Source: an uncultured Atopobiaceae bacterium
Lineage (GTDB): Bacteria; Actinomycetota; Coriobacteriia; Coriobacteriales; Atopobiaceae
Length of the DNA stretch: 64,000 bases
Direction of reading: 5' to 3'
NCBI GenBank assembly: GCA_963538475.1
Contig: CAUTIE010000003.1
Coordinates: forward strand, 921 to 64,920
Positions 8,851 to 19,090 of the stretch are shown here, in pieces. The position numbers and the translations under genes were made by a program. How positions within the stretch are numbered: the stretch's first letter is position 1; each line of letters opens with the position of its first letter. Below the pieces are notes generated by a model that was given only the letters and a program-made list of their open reading frames with translations, ran no database searches and had not been told where the DNA came from.

Positions 8851-11430
8851 TTATGCTTCGGTTCTTTTCCTACGGCGCAAGGCAAGGGATGTTCCCAGCG
8901 CAGCTACAGAGGTCAGAGCTGCGCCAACAAAAGCCACGCTTGAGGCGTCGCCAGTCTCGGGTAGAGCGCTTTTACGCTTTGCTGGGGGCTGAGGTGCCGC
9001 AGGAGCTTCGGGGTTCTTTGTGTAGTAGAACGTGTACTCAAGCTGGTCTGCAGAAACATAACCAGTGCTATCGCCTTGAAGTGTGTAACCGTCAATCTCA
9101 CGAGCAGAAACATTCTGCAGGTTAAGCGTCTGGCTGCCAATAACATCGTCGGAATGGATTTGCTCACCGGTCTGTGCATCAACGTAATGGATGGTATAGC
9201 TGTAGCGAGCTTCCTTGCTATATGTGAAGGTCAAGACGTTATTCTCGGCATTCTCATCAAGAACCATAGAGCGAGAAGACACATCTACATAGGCATAGTC
9301 TCCGCGATCAGCTGCGTCGAGAGCCCACTTGCTGACAAGAGAACCGATTGGAGCAGTCTCAGTTATGGTTGAGAGAATCTGGCCGTCATCTGTCTGATGA
9401 ATGACCGTGTAGGAGACGGAGGAGTCGTTCTTCTTCCACAGTGCGTGCAGAGTAATGTCGCCCGTAACTGCTGCGGAGAAGCTGTATACAGAGGGGTTTC
9501 CATTGGTGTAGAGAATCCAGCCAGCAAAGGTGTAGCCCTCTCGTACGGGATCAGCGGGTTTGGTAGCTGCGTCTCCGTAGGTGAGCTCCTGCGAGTTGAC
9601 TGGTGAGCCACCCTCAGAGTTAAAGGTAACGGTCGCAGTAAGAGGAGCCCACTTGGCGTACAACACCGTATTAGTTGCTGGCATAGTGGTGTCGGTAACA
9701 GGAGTGCCCACAGTCTCTGAATTGTCGTACCAGCCCTTGAAAACATAACCAGGTCGTGGAGAAGTTAAAGAGGTGCCAGGAACATCGGTGCTGGCATTAA
9801 AGGGCTCTCCAAAGAGATGAGAGTGCGTAGCAACAGTTGTACCAGAGCTTACGTAGGTAACGGTATAGGTATTGCGCTTATAGCGGTGCTCAATCAAGTT
9901 GGAATTGTAATCAGTGGTGAGGTAGTCGTAGTTGTATGGCTGCCAACTGGTCCAACCAAGTGCATCGTAATTGGTTCCATCAAAATGGTCAATGCTCATG
10001 CGGTAGCCGTCATACGAAAAACCAGGATGTCTATTCTCGCTCTCAAGATAGTGATCAACATCATTTCTTGCAATCTCTGTAATTATGCCAGGTCGAGAAA
10101 GCGTGTGATCTCCACCCATATCGTAGGTGCCATCAAGGTTTTGATAGTAGTAGAAGCGATAACGTGGACCAAGGTTAGTAGATTGGGTATAGCGGCCGTA
10201 AATTTCTAGCACATTATCTGCAGTAATTTTGGAACCTGGGTCAGTTGTTTTTGCTTGGGTGGTGGTTGCAGTACCGCCAACACCAGGGATTATGCCATAC
10301 CAATAGTAGGTTCCAGAAGGGTCATCTGCACGCACGGCGGCGAGCATGTCGTCGCTGTACTTGTTGCCGGTATTGGGGTTGATGGCGTAAGGATTAAACG
10401 CCTCGCCATAACGAAGCGTAAGCGTTGCAAGAATGGAGCCATTTCTCTTTGGACGCACATTGACGGTGATAGTTGCAAGGTTGTAGTAAACGTTAATAGT
10501 GGTAGAGCCATCTGCTGCAATAGGAGTTGGATCACTCTCGTGGCTGTACGTTTCAAAGCGGAAAACACCCGTATTTGGCTGGACAGGAGCAGGTGCAGTC
10601 ATTGTTCCGACGGTTCCGGAAGCAGTGGTGGTTGTGACGTAGTTGTAGTTAGAAGGGTTGTTCGGGTCCTGAATAAAATAGGCATAGTGATACGTTGCTG
10701 TTGCTGGAGTCCAAAGTGCTTTTGCAGTAATAGGCTCTTGAGGCATGGTGGTGGGCAGGGAATCTGCAATACCATCGTCGTTAAGGTCCCAACCAGCAAA
10801 GGTATAACCAGTTCGCGTTGGATTAGGGACGGCAGGAACGGCATCTCCTGGATTTCCAATTACAGGAGATATCTCACTGCCGGAAGTTGAGAAGTAGATT
10901 GCGCTGCGAGGATTACGATCATAGTAGATGTACTTTACAGCCTTACCATCTGCGGTAACTTTGAGTGATAGGTCTGTAGTTGTACGCACAAAACCTGGAT
11001 AGGTGACATCTGTAGCAGTAACAATCGAATCGGGCACACCGTAATTTTCTTCGGAGGACGCCTCAACATAATTGCCGGTAGTCATTTCCTTCATGCGCTT
11101 AACGGTGTAGGTAACATAACCAGGCATGTAATAGACGGTCTGTTTAATGTAGTGATCTGAGCCAGAAGCAACGCCAGTAACGGTTGTTTGAGCAGGATCT
11201 TCCAAGTCATAGCCAGTAATTGTTGGAGCTGTAACAGACCAAGATTCTCCCTCATTTACAACTTGCTTAGAGGGGGCATGAATCTCTTCATTGTTTAGTA
11301 CATTAACGTATGAGACAACAACAGAGTATTTACCTGCATCTTCAATAGATTCTGCAATAGCAGATGCAGGAAGACTGCTTAAAGCAAGAGCGAGAGCAAA
11401 TAAAATGCTCAAAACTTTTTTAGCGCGCAT
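8851..11430 (-). CDS. Sortase-anchored surface protein with MucBP-like and InlB B-repeat (Flg_new) domains
   Basis: Signal peptide; repeats PTRTGYTFAGW, PRPGYVFKGWY, PVREGYTFAGW; IDGYT MucBP-like motif; LPETG + TM + RRRKR tail. Confidence 0.92.
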   Translation of the reverse strand: MRAKKVLSILFALALALSSLPASAIAESIEDAGKYSVVVSYVNVLNNEEIHAPSKQVVNEGESWSVTAPTITGYDLEDPAQTTVTGVASGSDHYIKQTVYYMPGYVTYTVKRMKEMTTGNYVEASSEENYGVPDSIVTATDVTYPGFVRTTTDLSLKVTADGKAVKYIYYDRNPRSAIYFSTSGSEISPVIGNPGDAVPAVPNPTRTGYTFAGWDLNDDGIADSLPTTMPQEPITAKALWTPATATYHYAYFIQDPNNPSNYNYVTTTTASGTVGTMTAPAPVQPNTGVFRFETYSHESDPTPIAADGSTTINVYYNLATITVNVRPKRNGSILATLTLRYGEAFNPYAINPNTGNKYSDDMLAAVRADDPSGTYYWYGIIPGVGGTATTTQAKTTDPGSKITADNVLEIYGRYTQSTNLGPRYRFYYYQNLDGTYDMGGDHTLSRPGIITEIARNDVDHYLESENRHPGFSYDGYRMSIDHFDGTNYDALGWTSWQPYNYDYLTTDYNSNLIEHRYKRNTYTVTYVSSGTTVATHSHLFGEPFNASTDVPGTSLTSPRPGYVFKGWYDNSETVGTPVTDTTMPATNTVLYAKWAPLTATVTFNSEGGSPVNSQELTYGDAATKPADPVREGYTFAGWILYTNGNPSVYSFSAAVTGDITLHALWKKNDSSVSYTVIHQTDDGQILSTITETAPIGSLVSKWALDAADRGDYAYVDVSSRSMVLDENAENNVLTFTYSKEARYSYTIHYVDAQTGEQIHSDDVIGSQTLNLQNVSAREIDGYTLQGDSTGYVSADQLEYTFYYTKNPEAPAAPQPPAKRKSALPETGDASSVAFVGAALTSVAALGTSLALRRRKRTEA

Positions 11431-11523
11431 TAGTTCTCCTCAAACAGCAAAAAAGATAGGTAAATCATACTAAATGACGAGAAGAACTTGCTGCTTAAGA
11501 CGCAAGTTAACCGTATATACACA

Positions 11524-11557
11524 ATCCACTTCTCCTTAAGGTGCAGGAGAAGTGGAT
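11524..11557 (-). terminator. Hairpin at the distal end of the accessory block
   Basis: Perfect 13-bp stem atccacttctcct / aggagaagtggat. Confidence 0.6.
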
Positions 11558-11681
11558 GCTTTATTAACTTTGATGAGTTTTTCGGTCAGTCCAGTCAATG
11601 TTTCAAATACATCTGTTGTTATGCTGCACGAGACTCTGTGGTAGATTGATTCACAAATTTATATTCGGAGTAGTGAGGTTA

Positions 11682-12314
11682 TTAGGCTTTTCTGATTGGA
11701 TGCCTAATGACAGTTTTTAGTTTCTCTGGAGCTATTTTACGTACATCGCTCAGATAAACTTCATGATGCATACGCTCAGCAGTGATGTCTAAAACGTATC
11801 CCTGGCTCTCCATGTATTCATGCATAAGGGAAACGGTTTCGGGTTCACTATTATAAGGTCCAATATGCAAGCATTGTACACAGAGGCCTTCTTCATAGGT
11901 AAAGAATTCTACTTTAGAAAAATCTAACTTCTTTTTCTTAGTTGCTTCAGCAACGGCCCAATCAAAATCTTCTTTGGTAACAAAGTCGGGTAGGCGAATA
12001 ACTGAAATCCACTTGAAGTTTTCTTTATGAGCGTAATCAACACCGTGAGTATCCTCTTGCCACCAGAAGCCCTCTAATGGAGGAACAACAAAATCAAAAT
12101 ATCCTTCAATATGATGTGTACTCTTTTTGCTCATTTTGATGGCATAAGCAACGCCGTAAAGCAGTCCTATTGACTGTTTGTATTCACCATCTTCTACGTT
12201 GGGATCTCCAGACCCTCTTACTGCAAGATAATTAATAGACGGAACAGTTATTATGCCTGGCTTATTTTTTGGCGCATAGAGCTCTTTAAATTCCTTTTTG
12301 AAATCAAAAGCCAT
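11682..12314 (-). CDS. GyrI-like small-molecule-binding domain protein
   Basis: DFKKEFKELY, GSGDPN, VVPPLEGFWW, HIGPY, HHEVYLSD, TVIRHPI; start MAFDF. Confidence 0.9.
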   Translation of the reverse strand: MAFDFKKEFKELYAPKNKPGIITVPSINYLAVRGSGDPNVEDGEYKQSIGLLYGVAYAIKMSKKSTHHIEGYFDFVVPPLEGFWWQEDTHGVDYAHKENFKWISVIRLPDFVTKEDFDWAVAEATKKKKLDFSKVEFFTYEEGLCVQCLHIGPYNSEPETVSLMHEYMESQGYVLDITAERMHHEVYLSDVRKIAPEKLKTVIRHPIRKA

Positions 12315-12360
12315 CAGTCTCAGCTTCCTTTGCGATAGTTTAGCGAAAATCTTATTGTAT

Positions 12361-12846
12361 CTAGTTACCTTGATTATCTTCTGTTGAGGAAAGCACCTTA
12401 GAAAGTTCAAGTAAGAGCTTTGACTTCAGGGTTTCTAATTCCTCTGGAGAAGGACAGGTTGAGCTGTCATACATCTTTTCCATGGGGTACCACCAGACAG
12501 GACCTTTGCCATTATGACCGTATTCGCCCAGATCACCCGAAACCCTAGGGAATAAATGCCAATGGAGATGAGAATCTCCGTTACCAAGCAGCTCGTAGTT
12601 CATTTTCTCGCAGGGAAATGCGCGTGATACCGCTTCTCCAACAAGGGACATTTCTTCAAGAAACTTTAGTTTAAAGTCTGTATCTAACTCGTGAAGTTCT
12701 GTTGCATGTTGCTTACATAGAAAAATCGTGTATCCCTTAAAGTGCTGATTATCACCTAAGACAACATATCCCGTTTCCAATTCTTTGACAAAATAAGGAT
12801 TATTTCCTTCTTTGATCATCTGGATCCTGTCGCAAATCAGGCACAT
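12361..12846 (-). CDS. HIT family hydrolase
   Basis: MCLIC, NYELLGN, HLHWHLFPR histidine triad. Confidence 0.92.
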   Translation of the reverse strand: MCLICDRIQMIKEGNNPYFVKELETGYVVLGDNQHFKGYTIFLCKQHATELHELDTDFKLKFLEEMSLVGEAVSRAFPCEKMNYELLGNGDSHLHWHLFPRVSGDLGEYGHNGKGPVWWYPMEKMYDSSTCPSPEELETLKSKLLLELSKVLSSTEDNQGN

Positions 12847-12899
12847 TCTTTAGTTCTTCCTTTAGATGGTAGATATTGAAATTCAGCGTAGTATGAAAT

Positions 12900-13889
12900 T
12901 TACTGATCTACACCTGCGGCCTCAGCGGGTTTCTCGGTAGGCTTCTTTGCAAAGAGCTTGCCGGATTTCTTGAGCTGATAGGCAAGAATCATGATGGTTA
13001 CCAGCATAACAATCGTGCAAACGATGGAACCTTCTGCGCCAAAGCTACCGCCGGTAAGCCAATCTGGGCCACCGCCAGGAGCAAACTGCAGCAAAGAACT
13101 GCCTGTAGTGCTACCGCTTACCAGAACGCCAAAGATATTGCCTTGGGCAAAGTTCCAGGCTCCGTGAATGCCAGCAGCTCCCCAGAGATTGTCTGTTTTG
13201 ATGATATAGAACGTTTCCATGACGCCAAAAAGAATTAGGTCGATCAGGGATTGCATAGTAAATCCGCTGTTAAACATGTGGAGAAGGCCAAACAGGCTGC
13301 TTGAAACCACAATTGCAATAATCTTGTTGGACTTCTCCGCCATGACAGGAAGGAGCCAGCCCCTGGTGATAAGTTCTTCTGTTCCGCCCTGAATTATCCA
13401 AAACGGAATGGTAAGAAGAACAAAACCAAAAGCATAGGGCGTAAAAGTAGTGCCAACTAATTGATAAGATCCGGTCAAAATGAGAATCAGCATCACAACA
13501 GAGAAGAGAAGAATTCCTAGACCAAAGCCTTTGAGCAGCTCTTTCTTCCAGTTGTCTTTGTAAAATCCTAGGGTAACAATCGGACGTTTTTCAAAGAGTT
13601 TCACCCACAGGAAAAAGAGACCTGCAATAAAGACAAAGGAAAGAAGCGTTACCAGAAGATAGTAGTCTCCAAAAATCTCTCTCAGATTGAGGGAATCGGA
13701 AAGGCGATCTGGAAGCTCTGGGTGTGTCATGTAGTAAGGGGCAATAATAAGAGCTGCTGAGATGGACATTACAATAGCGCCAATAATTTGCCCAACGACC
13801 AACAAGAAAACGGCTAAAAAGGGACTAAGCCAAGCTGGAGTTAGTCTCTTTGCCAGCTTGACGTCGAAAAACATGCGATTTTCTTGCAT
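12900..13889 (-). CDS. CPBP (CAAX/Abi) family intramembrane glutamic endopeptidase
   Basis: EELITRG, FGLLH, HGAWN motifs. Confidence 0.93.
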   Translation of the reverse strand: MQENRMFFDVKLAKRLTPAWLSPFLAVFLLVVGQIIGAIVMSISAALIIAPYYMTHPELPDRLSDSLNLREIFGDYYLLVTLLSFVFIAGLFFLWVKLFEKRPIVTLGFYKDNWKKELLKGFGLGILLFSVVMLILILTGSYQLVGTTFTPYAFGFVLLTIPFWIIQGGTEELITRGWLLPVMAEKSNKIIAIVVSSSLFGLLHMFNSGFTMQSLIDLILFGVMETFYIIKTDNLWGAAGIHGAWNFAQGNIFGVLVSGSTTGSSLLQFAPGGGPDWLTGGSFGAEGSIVCTIVMLVTIMILAYQLKKSGKLFAKKPTEKPAEAAGVDQ

Positions 13890-13976
13890 AAAAAACTCCT
13901 AGTAAACGTGCTCAAAGCGCGTTATGTAGATGACAAAATTTTAGCGACGGTGCAGGCAAACAGCGTCTACCTGCGA

Positions 13977-14585
13977 TTAACTCTCTTTATACTCTAAGAG
14001 AAAATCGCAACAATCGCCACCGTGACCTATGGTTTTTGTACGGCCCCAGATAAGTTGAGGATGCAGATTACCGTATCCTGCATCGTCACTATCACAGTAT
14101 GCAGCGGTTATTTCGGGGCAGCCATATTTTTTGGTTATCTCATAGTAGGGGCAGCTCACAATGTTGAGGCGAGCTTCGTTACCGTGACTTTCTGGATATT
14201 CAAAGGCAAATCCAGCACTTGATGTGCAGCTTTTCTCGATACCTGATTTAAAGAGGCGAGGAAACCTGCGTGCAAGACCAAATGTTTTGATGGCCCATTG
14301 GAAGAGCGGAACTCGCTTAGCGGCAAATCGCTGGAAATACTCGCGAATATACCAGACGGCCTTTTCTTGTGGGATGCCCTCTGCGCGTAGAGTTTCATAT
14401 ACCGCAATACCAGGGTAAATACGTTTGAAAGAGTGAGATCGGAGCTCCTTGGAATCGGATGCATTTTCTGCACAGAGCGCCTCGAATCGCGTTTGAGCTG
14501 CCTGTGCAATCTGGTCTGCCTTTGCCGCGCCGATGTCCTCAGAGGCTATTGCACACGTGTCTTTGATGAGCTGCTGAACTTTCAT
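13977..14585 (-). CDS. L-2-amino-thiazoline-4-carboxylate hydrolase-like family protein
   Basis: CPY...GCPE...YCDSD, RTKTIG.GGDCCDF. Confidence 0.8.
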   Translation of the reverse strand: MKVQQLIKDTCAIASEDIGAAKADQIAQAAQTRFEALCAENASDSKELRSHSFKRIYPGIAVYETLRAEGIPQEKAVWYIREYFQRFAAKRVPLFQWAIKTFGLARRFPRLFKSGIEKSCTSSAGFAFEYPESHGNEARLNIVSCPYYEITKKYGCPEITAAYCDSDDAGYGNLHPQLIWGRTKTIGHGGDCCDFLLEYKES

Positions 14586-14696
14586 ATGAGCCTCACTATT
14601 TGTAGAAATGCTCTGATGAAAAGCTAAGTAGTGCACATCAACAATTGTACGCTTAAATTTTACGAAACGCAGTAAGCGCAGGTATCCAGTAATGGT

Positions 14697-15464
14697 TTAG
14701 GTAAAGTTTTTTAGTATTTCCAGGCCAAGAAGCAGCGCCTTTTCATGCGAATCTTTACCAAAGTCCCTCTCGTCATATTCATGAACGTTTGCCAAAGAGT
14801 CTGCCGTAAAAAGGAACTGTCCAAACTGAGCTCCTCGTTTTCTGCAGCAGGCGGCTAGTGCCGAGCATTCCATTTCTACAACTGAGCATCCTTCTTGCAG
14901 GCGATACTCAACCATTTCCTTTGTCTCACGGAAGAAACCGTCAGTAGACCAGGTGGTGCACGTTTCAAAAGAGAGGCCGTCTTTTTTGAAGGTCTCTTCT
15001 ATGACAGAAATTGGATCTTCGTCGAGCTCTATATATCTTGATGCTGGAAGATAGTGATAGGACGTCCCTTCCGCCCTAAGAGCTTTGGTTGGGACGAGAA
15101 AGGCATTTTCTTGTATCTCTTTTAGAACGCCGCATGAACCAACTGCAATTATTTTCTTACATCCACAGGTAACCAGTATGTCCATTACCTGTGTGGATGA
15201 AGCAGATCCAGTAGGGGATTGAACTAAACAGATTTTCTCGCCATATGAATCTAAAACGTAGACTTTAATATCTCGAGAAACGGTCACGATTGTTTCTACG
15301 ACTTCTGCTCCGTGCTGGTTGGCGTAATCATGGACAACGTCTCCGAGAAATGCAAAGAGGCACTTTTCTGGCAGCTGGCCTGCGGTCCATTCGTGATCTG
15401 CTGAAATAACCTCTGAGGAGGTATCGTCATATTCTAAAAGAGGTATTTCGTTTTTTATAATCAC
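14697..15464 (-). CDS. Nucleoside phosphorylase (PNP_UDP_1 family)
   Basis: GSCG, RAEGTSYHY, WSTDGFFRET, VEMECSA. Confidence 0.92.
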   Translation of the reverse strand: MIIKNEIPLLEYDDTSSEVISADHEWTAGQLPEKCLFAFLGDVVHDYANQHGAEVVETIVTVSRDIKVYVLDSYGEKICLVQSPTGSASSTQVMDILVTCGCKKIIAVGSCGVLKEIQENAFLVPTKALRAEGTSYHYLPASRYIELDEDPISVIEETFKKDGLSFETCTTWSTDGFFRETKEMVEYRLQEGCSVVEMECSALAACCRKRGAQFGQFLFTADSLANVHEYDERDFGKDSHEKALLLGLEILKNFT

Positions 15465-15642
15465 GGGAGCTCCTGAGTTGTAAGTGCCTTTGAGAAGTCT
15501 ACCATCATTAAACGTTACACTTGCTTTGAGAATTCAAGGAAAAAATAACGTCGGACAAACAAAACAAATCGAGAATACATCTGTTTATTGATTGACAACG
15601 TATACCATTTGTATCAAAATCACCTTAAAAGGAGCTGATACT

Positions 15643-15912
15643 ATGGCAACAAGTCCTACTCAAATTCGCATCGATAGTAATGTCAAAACAGAAGCAAATG
15701 AACTGTTTAAAAACCTTGGCATCGATATGTCAAGTGCCGTAAACATCTTCTTGCGCCAGTGCATTTTGCACGGCGGCCTTCCTTTTAAAGTAGAAATCCC
15801 AAAGTTTAATGCTGAAACACTGGCAGCTATGGAAGAAGCACGCGATATCATGTCAGGTAAAATTCAAGCAACCTCCTACAACACCACAGATGAACTGTTT
15901 GAAGGTATGTAG
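15643..15912 (+). CDS. RelB/DinJ family antitoxin (no cognate toxin adjacent)
   Basis: QIRID...K.EA..LF..LG.DMS.AVNIFL.Q....GGLPF; RBS aaggag; ttgaca at 15592. Confidence 0.9.
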   Translation: MATSPTQIRIDSNVKTEANELFKNLGIDMSSAVNIFLRQCILHGGLPFKVEIPKFNAETLAAMEEARDIMSGKIQATSYNTTDELFEGM

Positions 15913-16649
15913 CAAATCATGTCTAAAAGCTCTTTTGTATACTCCTCTGGGTAATTGATTGAATACTCGCCATGATATAAGTCTTTCTTTATTTCAAGAA
16001 CGCTACCAGGCAGTGCTTTATGCAATTGTTCTGCTGAGCAGATCATCTTTTTCTGCTCTTTTCCTCCGACAAGTACATGGACTTTGGCGTGGGCATTCTG
16101 AAGGCTGGGTTTTATCTCATAGGATGTATTTGCTTCCAGAAATGCAATCATGTTCTCTTTTGATATTTGTGATGTGTCCCGATAATAGTCTTCAAATAAA
16201 TCTTTACGGATATGAAGGTAATCAAATTGCATCTGAGCAAAGCTCTTCTTTTTTACTAAGCCATAACTTAAAGAAAACGTTGGTTTGATCAGGAGATTTG
16301 TCAGCTTGGACGGAATGACAGACGCGCTTTCAATGACAGCGTTTTGACAAATTGAGTTTCGCTGCGTCAGCATTTCTACTAAAATCTGTGCGCCAAGGGA
16401 CAGCCCTCCAATAAGGAGAACTGAGCCTCCAAATTCTTTATCGATAAAAGAAATGAGCTGACTTGCGTTTTCCTCAATACTTATAAAATCACTGTCACTA
16501 CCTGCATGTCCGTCAAGAATCGGCAGCACAACGTGATATCGATCCTTCAGCAGTTCAGCTTCGGCTTTATAATTCCACCAAGATAAACCGCCACCATGAA
16601 GCAGCATGATTACGTCGCTATTTTGTTTTCCAAATTCTACCGTTTTCAT
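15876..16649 (-). CDS. Alpha/beta hydrolase
   Basis: LLHGGG, GHAGS, GLSLG nucleophile elbow, HGE. Confidence 0.9.
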   Translation of the reverse strand: MKTVEFGKQNSDVIMLLHGGGLSWWNYKAEAELLKDRYHVVLPILDGHAGSDSDFISIEENASQLISFIDKEFGGSVLLIGGLSLGAQILVEMLTQRNSICQNAVIESASVIPSKLTNLLIKPTFSLSYGLVKKKSFAQMQFDYLHIRKDLFEDYYRDTSQISKENMIAFLEANTSYEIKPSLQNAHAKVHVLVGGKEQKKMICSAEQLHKALPGSVLEIKKDLYHGEYSINYPEEYTKELLDMICYIPSNSSSVVL

Positions 16650-16678
16650 AGCTGCTCAATTCAATTTGTGCCTTTAAT

Positions 16679-17953
16679 CTAAGCCCGAGAAAGCACCACA
16701 ACGCATTCAACGTGCTTGGTGTGAGGGAACATGTCCACGGGCGTTACGCGCTCGATGGCAAACCCGCTGTCGAGAAGAACTTTGAGGTCCCTAGCTTGCG
16801 TCACAACGTTGCAGCTCACGTACACGATTTTCTTATGGGCTAGCTGAGCTGTTGCCTTAAGGAAGGCAGGCGTTGAACCTGCACGAGGTGGATCAAGAAT
16901 AATGACATCAAAGCTCTGACCGTCTTTTGCCAGGGCTTGCATGTAGCGAGTAGCGTCGTCGCAGATAAATTCGGCTTCAAGTTTATTGTTTCGAGCGTTT
17001 CTGCGTGCCATCTGAATGTTGTTTTCAACCTGGTCAACACCAGTGAGCAGAAGGTTGATACCTTGAGCTTCAGCGGCGTGCGCCAAGCAAAGTCCAATGG
17101 TTCCCGTGCCACAGTAAGCGTCAAGAACTCGCAGGTTACCGGCTTGCGCGGAAGTGACTGTCTGAGCGGAGGCGCCGGTCAACGCGGCGCTGGTCTGCGC
17201 GTCGCCGGTCTGTTCGGAGTCAGCAAGCTCGGAGCCAGCAAGTGCGCCGTCGATGGCCAGCTGGTAGAGCACCTCAGTTTGCTGGGGGTTTGTCTGGTAG
17301 AAACTGGTTGGACCAATCTCAAACGTGCAGCCTAAAAGTTTGTCGCTCATAGATGTTGAGCCCCAAAGTAGACGGGTTTCTCGCCCTAAGATTGCGTTGG
17401 TGCGTTTCTGGTTGACGTTCAAGAAGATGCTGGTTAGCTCGGGGTGTGCCTTGCGTAGCGCAGCAATAAACTCCTGCTCATGAGGCAGGTACTGACCGTT
17501 GACTACCAGCACAAGCATGACGTCATCGGTTGCATATCCGCAGCGTACTACGGCGTGACGGAGCGCTCCTTTGCCGCGATCCTCCTGGTAAGCGTGGATG
17601 TTGAACTGGCCAGAAAGATACGCCACGTCGTTGAGGATAGCGCGTGCTCGACCGTCTTCTACCAGGCATTCCTTTGAAGCAATAATTTTGTGCGTTCCGC
17701 TTGCGTAGAAACCGGAGCGAACCGTGCGACCTTTGCCCGGAGCAAACGGCGTTGCCGCCTTGTGACGATACGCCAGGGGTTCGTCCATTCCACGGATGGG
17801 CTCGATAGTTACGTTATTGATGCTTGCAAGCGGGGCGAGAAGTTCTTCTACCTGCTCCTGCTTGCGTTTCAGTTGGATAGGATAGGGGACCGAAAGCCAT
17901 TCACAGCCTCCGCAACTACGCGCAATAGAGCATGTTGGTGTCTTGTATCCCAT
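16679..17953 (-). CDS. rlmD: 23S rRNA (uracil-C5)-methyltransferase RlmD/RumA
   Basis: C....SCGGC Fe-S motif, SFYQTN, DAYCGTG, LDPPRAG, YVSCN, DMFPHTKHVE. Confidence 0.95.
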   Translation of the reverse strand: MGYKTPTCSIARSCGGCEWLSVPYPIQLKRKQEQVEELLAPLASINNVTIEPIRGMDEPLAYRHKAATPFAPGKGRTVRSGFYASGTHKIIASKECLVEDGRARAILNDVAYLSGQFNIHAYQEDRGKGALRHAVVRCGYATDDVMLVLVVNGQYLPHEQEFIAALRKAHPELTSIFLNVNQKRTNAILGRETRLLWGSTSMSDKLLGCTFEIGPTSFYQTNPQQTEVLYQLAIDGALAGSELADSEQTGDAQTSAALTGASAQTVTSAQAGNLRVLDAYCGTGTIGLCLAHAAEAQGINLLLTGVDQVENNIQMARRNARNNKLEAEFICDDATRYMQALAKDGQSFDVIILDPPRAGSTPAFLKATAQLAHKKIVYVSCNVVTQARDLKVLLDSGFAIERVTPVDMFPHTKHVECVVVLSRA

Positions 17954-18121
17954 AGTTCCTCTCCAAATCTTGGGTTACTACTATACCGTTTACAGGCCAA
18001 ATTGGCACGTTGAGGGGATTGTTGTATCTAATCTGTTTCATTTTTTGTATCGTTTCCCGTTTATCTAGAAAACCGTTAAGCTAACAAGCACAGTATTTTG
18101 CCAAGACAAAAGAGGTGGACT

Positions 18122-19090
18122 ATGGCTCTCATCAGCAAAATTGGTATTATCGGCGCTAATCATGTAGGCGCACATGTTGCAAATGCCCTGCTTTATCAGG
18201 GACTTGTTACCGAGCTCTACATTAGCGACACAAATGAGGTCCTCTGCAAGGCTCAGGTAAACGACCTGCTGGACGCAATGCCATTTTATCCACACCCTGC
18301 TCGCGTTTTTGAGCTTGACGACCGCTACGAGGAGCTTGCTGGCTGCGACATTATTGTTAACGCCGCAGGTCATGTAGCTGCTGCTGCGGGCAATCGCGAT
18401 GGTGAGCTCTTTGTTACTACTGACGAGGCCAAGAAGTTTGCAAAGCGCATTGCAGACGCTGGCTTCGATGGCGTTTGGGTCAACATCGCAAACCCCTGCG
18501 ACGTTGTTACCACCGAGCTCCAGTATCTGACCGGCGCTGATCCTTACAAGGTTATCGGCTCCGGCACCACGCTGGACTCCGCTCGACTCCGCCACGCGCT
18601 TTCCGGCGCAACCGGCTATCCAGCATCTTGCATCAACGCTTGGATGCTTGGCGAGCACGGCAACGGCATGTTCGCTTGCTGGTCGCACGTTTCCATTGGC
18701 TGCCTCACTCTCGACGAAGTCGCAGCTCAGACGGGCAAGACCTTTGACCTTCCAGAGCTTGAACAGGCCGGACGCATGGGCGGTTACGTCACCTACAGCG
18801 GCAAGCAGTGCACCGAGTACTCCATTGCAAACGGCGCCGTCGAGGTCATCAAGGCCGTTGTCCACGACACCAAGCTGATCACGCCAGTCTCCACGCTGCT
18901 CACCGACGTGTATGGCGTTTCTGGCTTCTACTCTTCACTTCCTGCAGTTATCGGCGCCAATGGTGTCGAGAAGGTCTTTGTGCCCGAGCTCTCCGACTCC
19001 GAGATTGAGGCATGGCGCAAGTCCTGCGAGCACGTCAAGAGTAACATAGACCAGCTCGGTTGGCTTGAGGTAGACGCTCGTATTGACTAG
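18122..19090 (+). CDS. L-lactate/malate dehydrogenase family (L-2-hydroxyacid dehydrogenase)
   Basis: IIGANHVG, NPCD, GTTLDSARL, LGEHG; RBS gaggtgg. Confidence 0.9.
   Translation: MALISKIGIIGANHVGAHVANALLYQGLVTELYISDTNEVLCKAQVNDLLDAMPFYPHPARVFELDDRYEELAGCDIIVNAAGHVAAAAGNRDGELFVTTDEAKKFAKRIADAGFDGVWVNIANPCDVVTTELQYLTGADPYKVIGSGTTLDSARLRHALSGATGYPASCINAWMLGEHGNGMFACWSHVSIGCLTLDEVAAQTGKTFDLPELEQAGRMGGYVTYSGKQCTEYSIANGAVEVIKAVVHDTKLITPVSTLLTDVYGVSGFYSSLPAVIGANGVEKVFVPELSDSEIEAWRKSCEHVKSNIDQLGWLEVDARID

Noticed and set aside
11431..16678. Integron-like cassette array with attC repeats
   Set aside because: No shared repeat in the spacers and no integrase seen.
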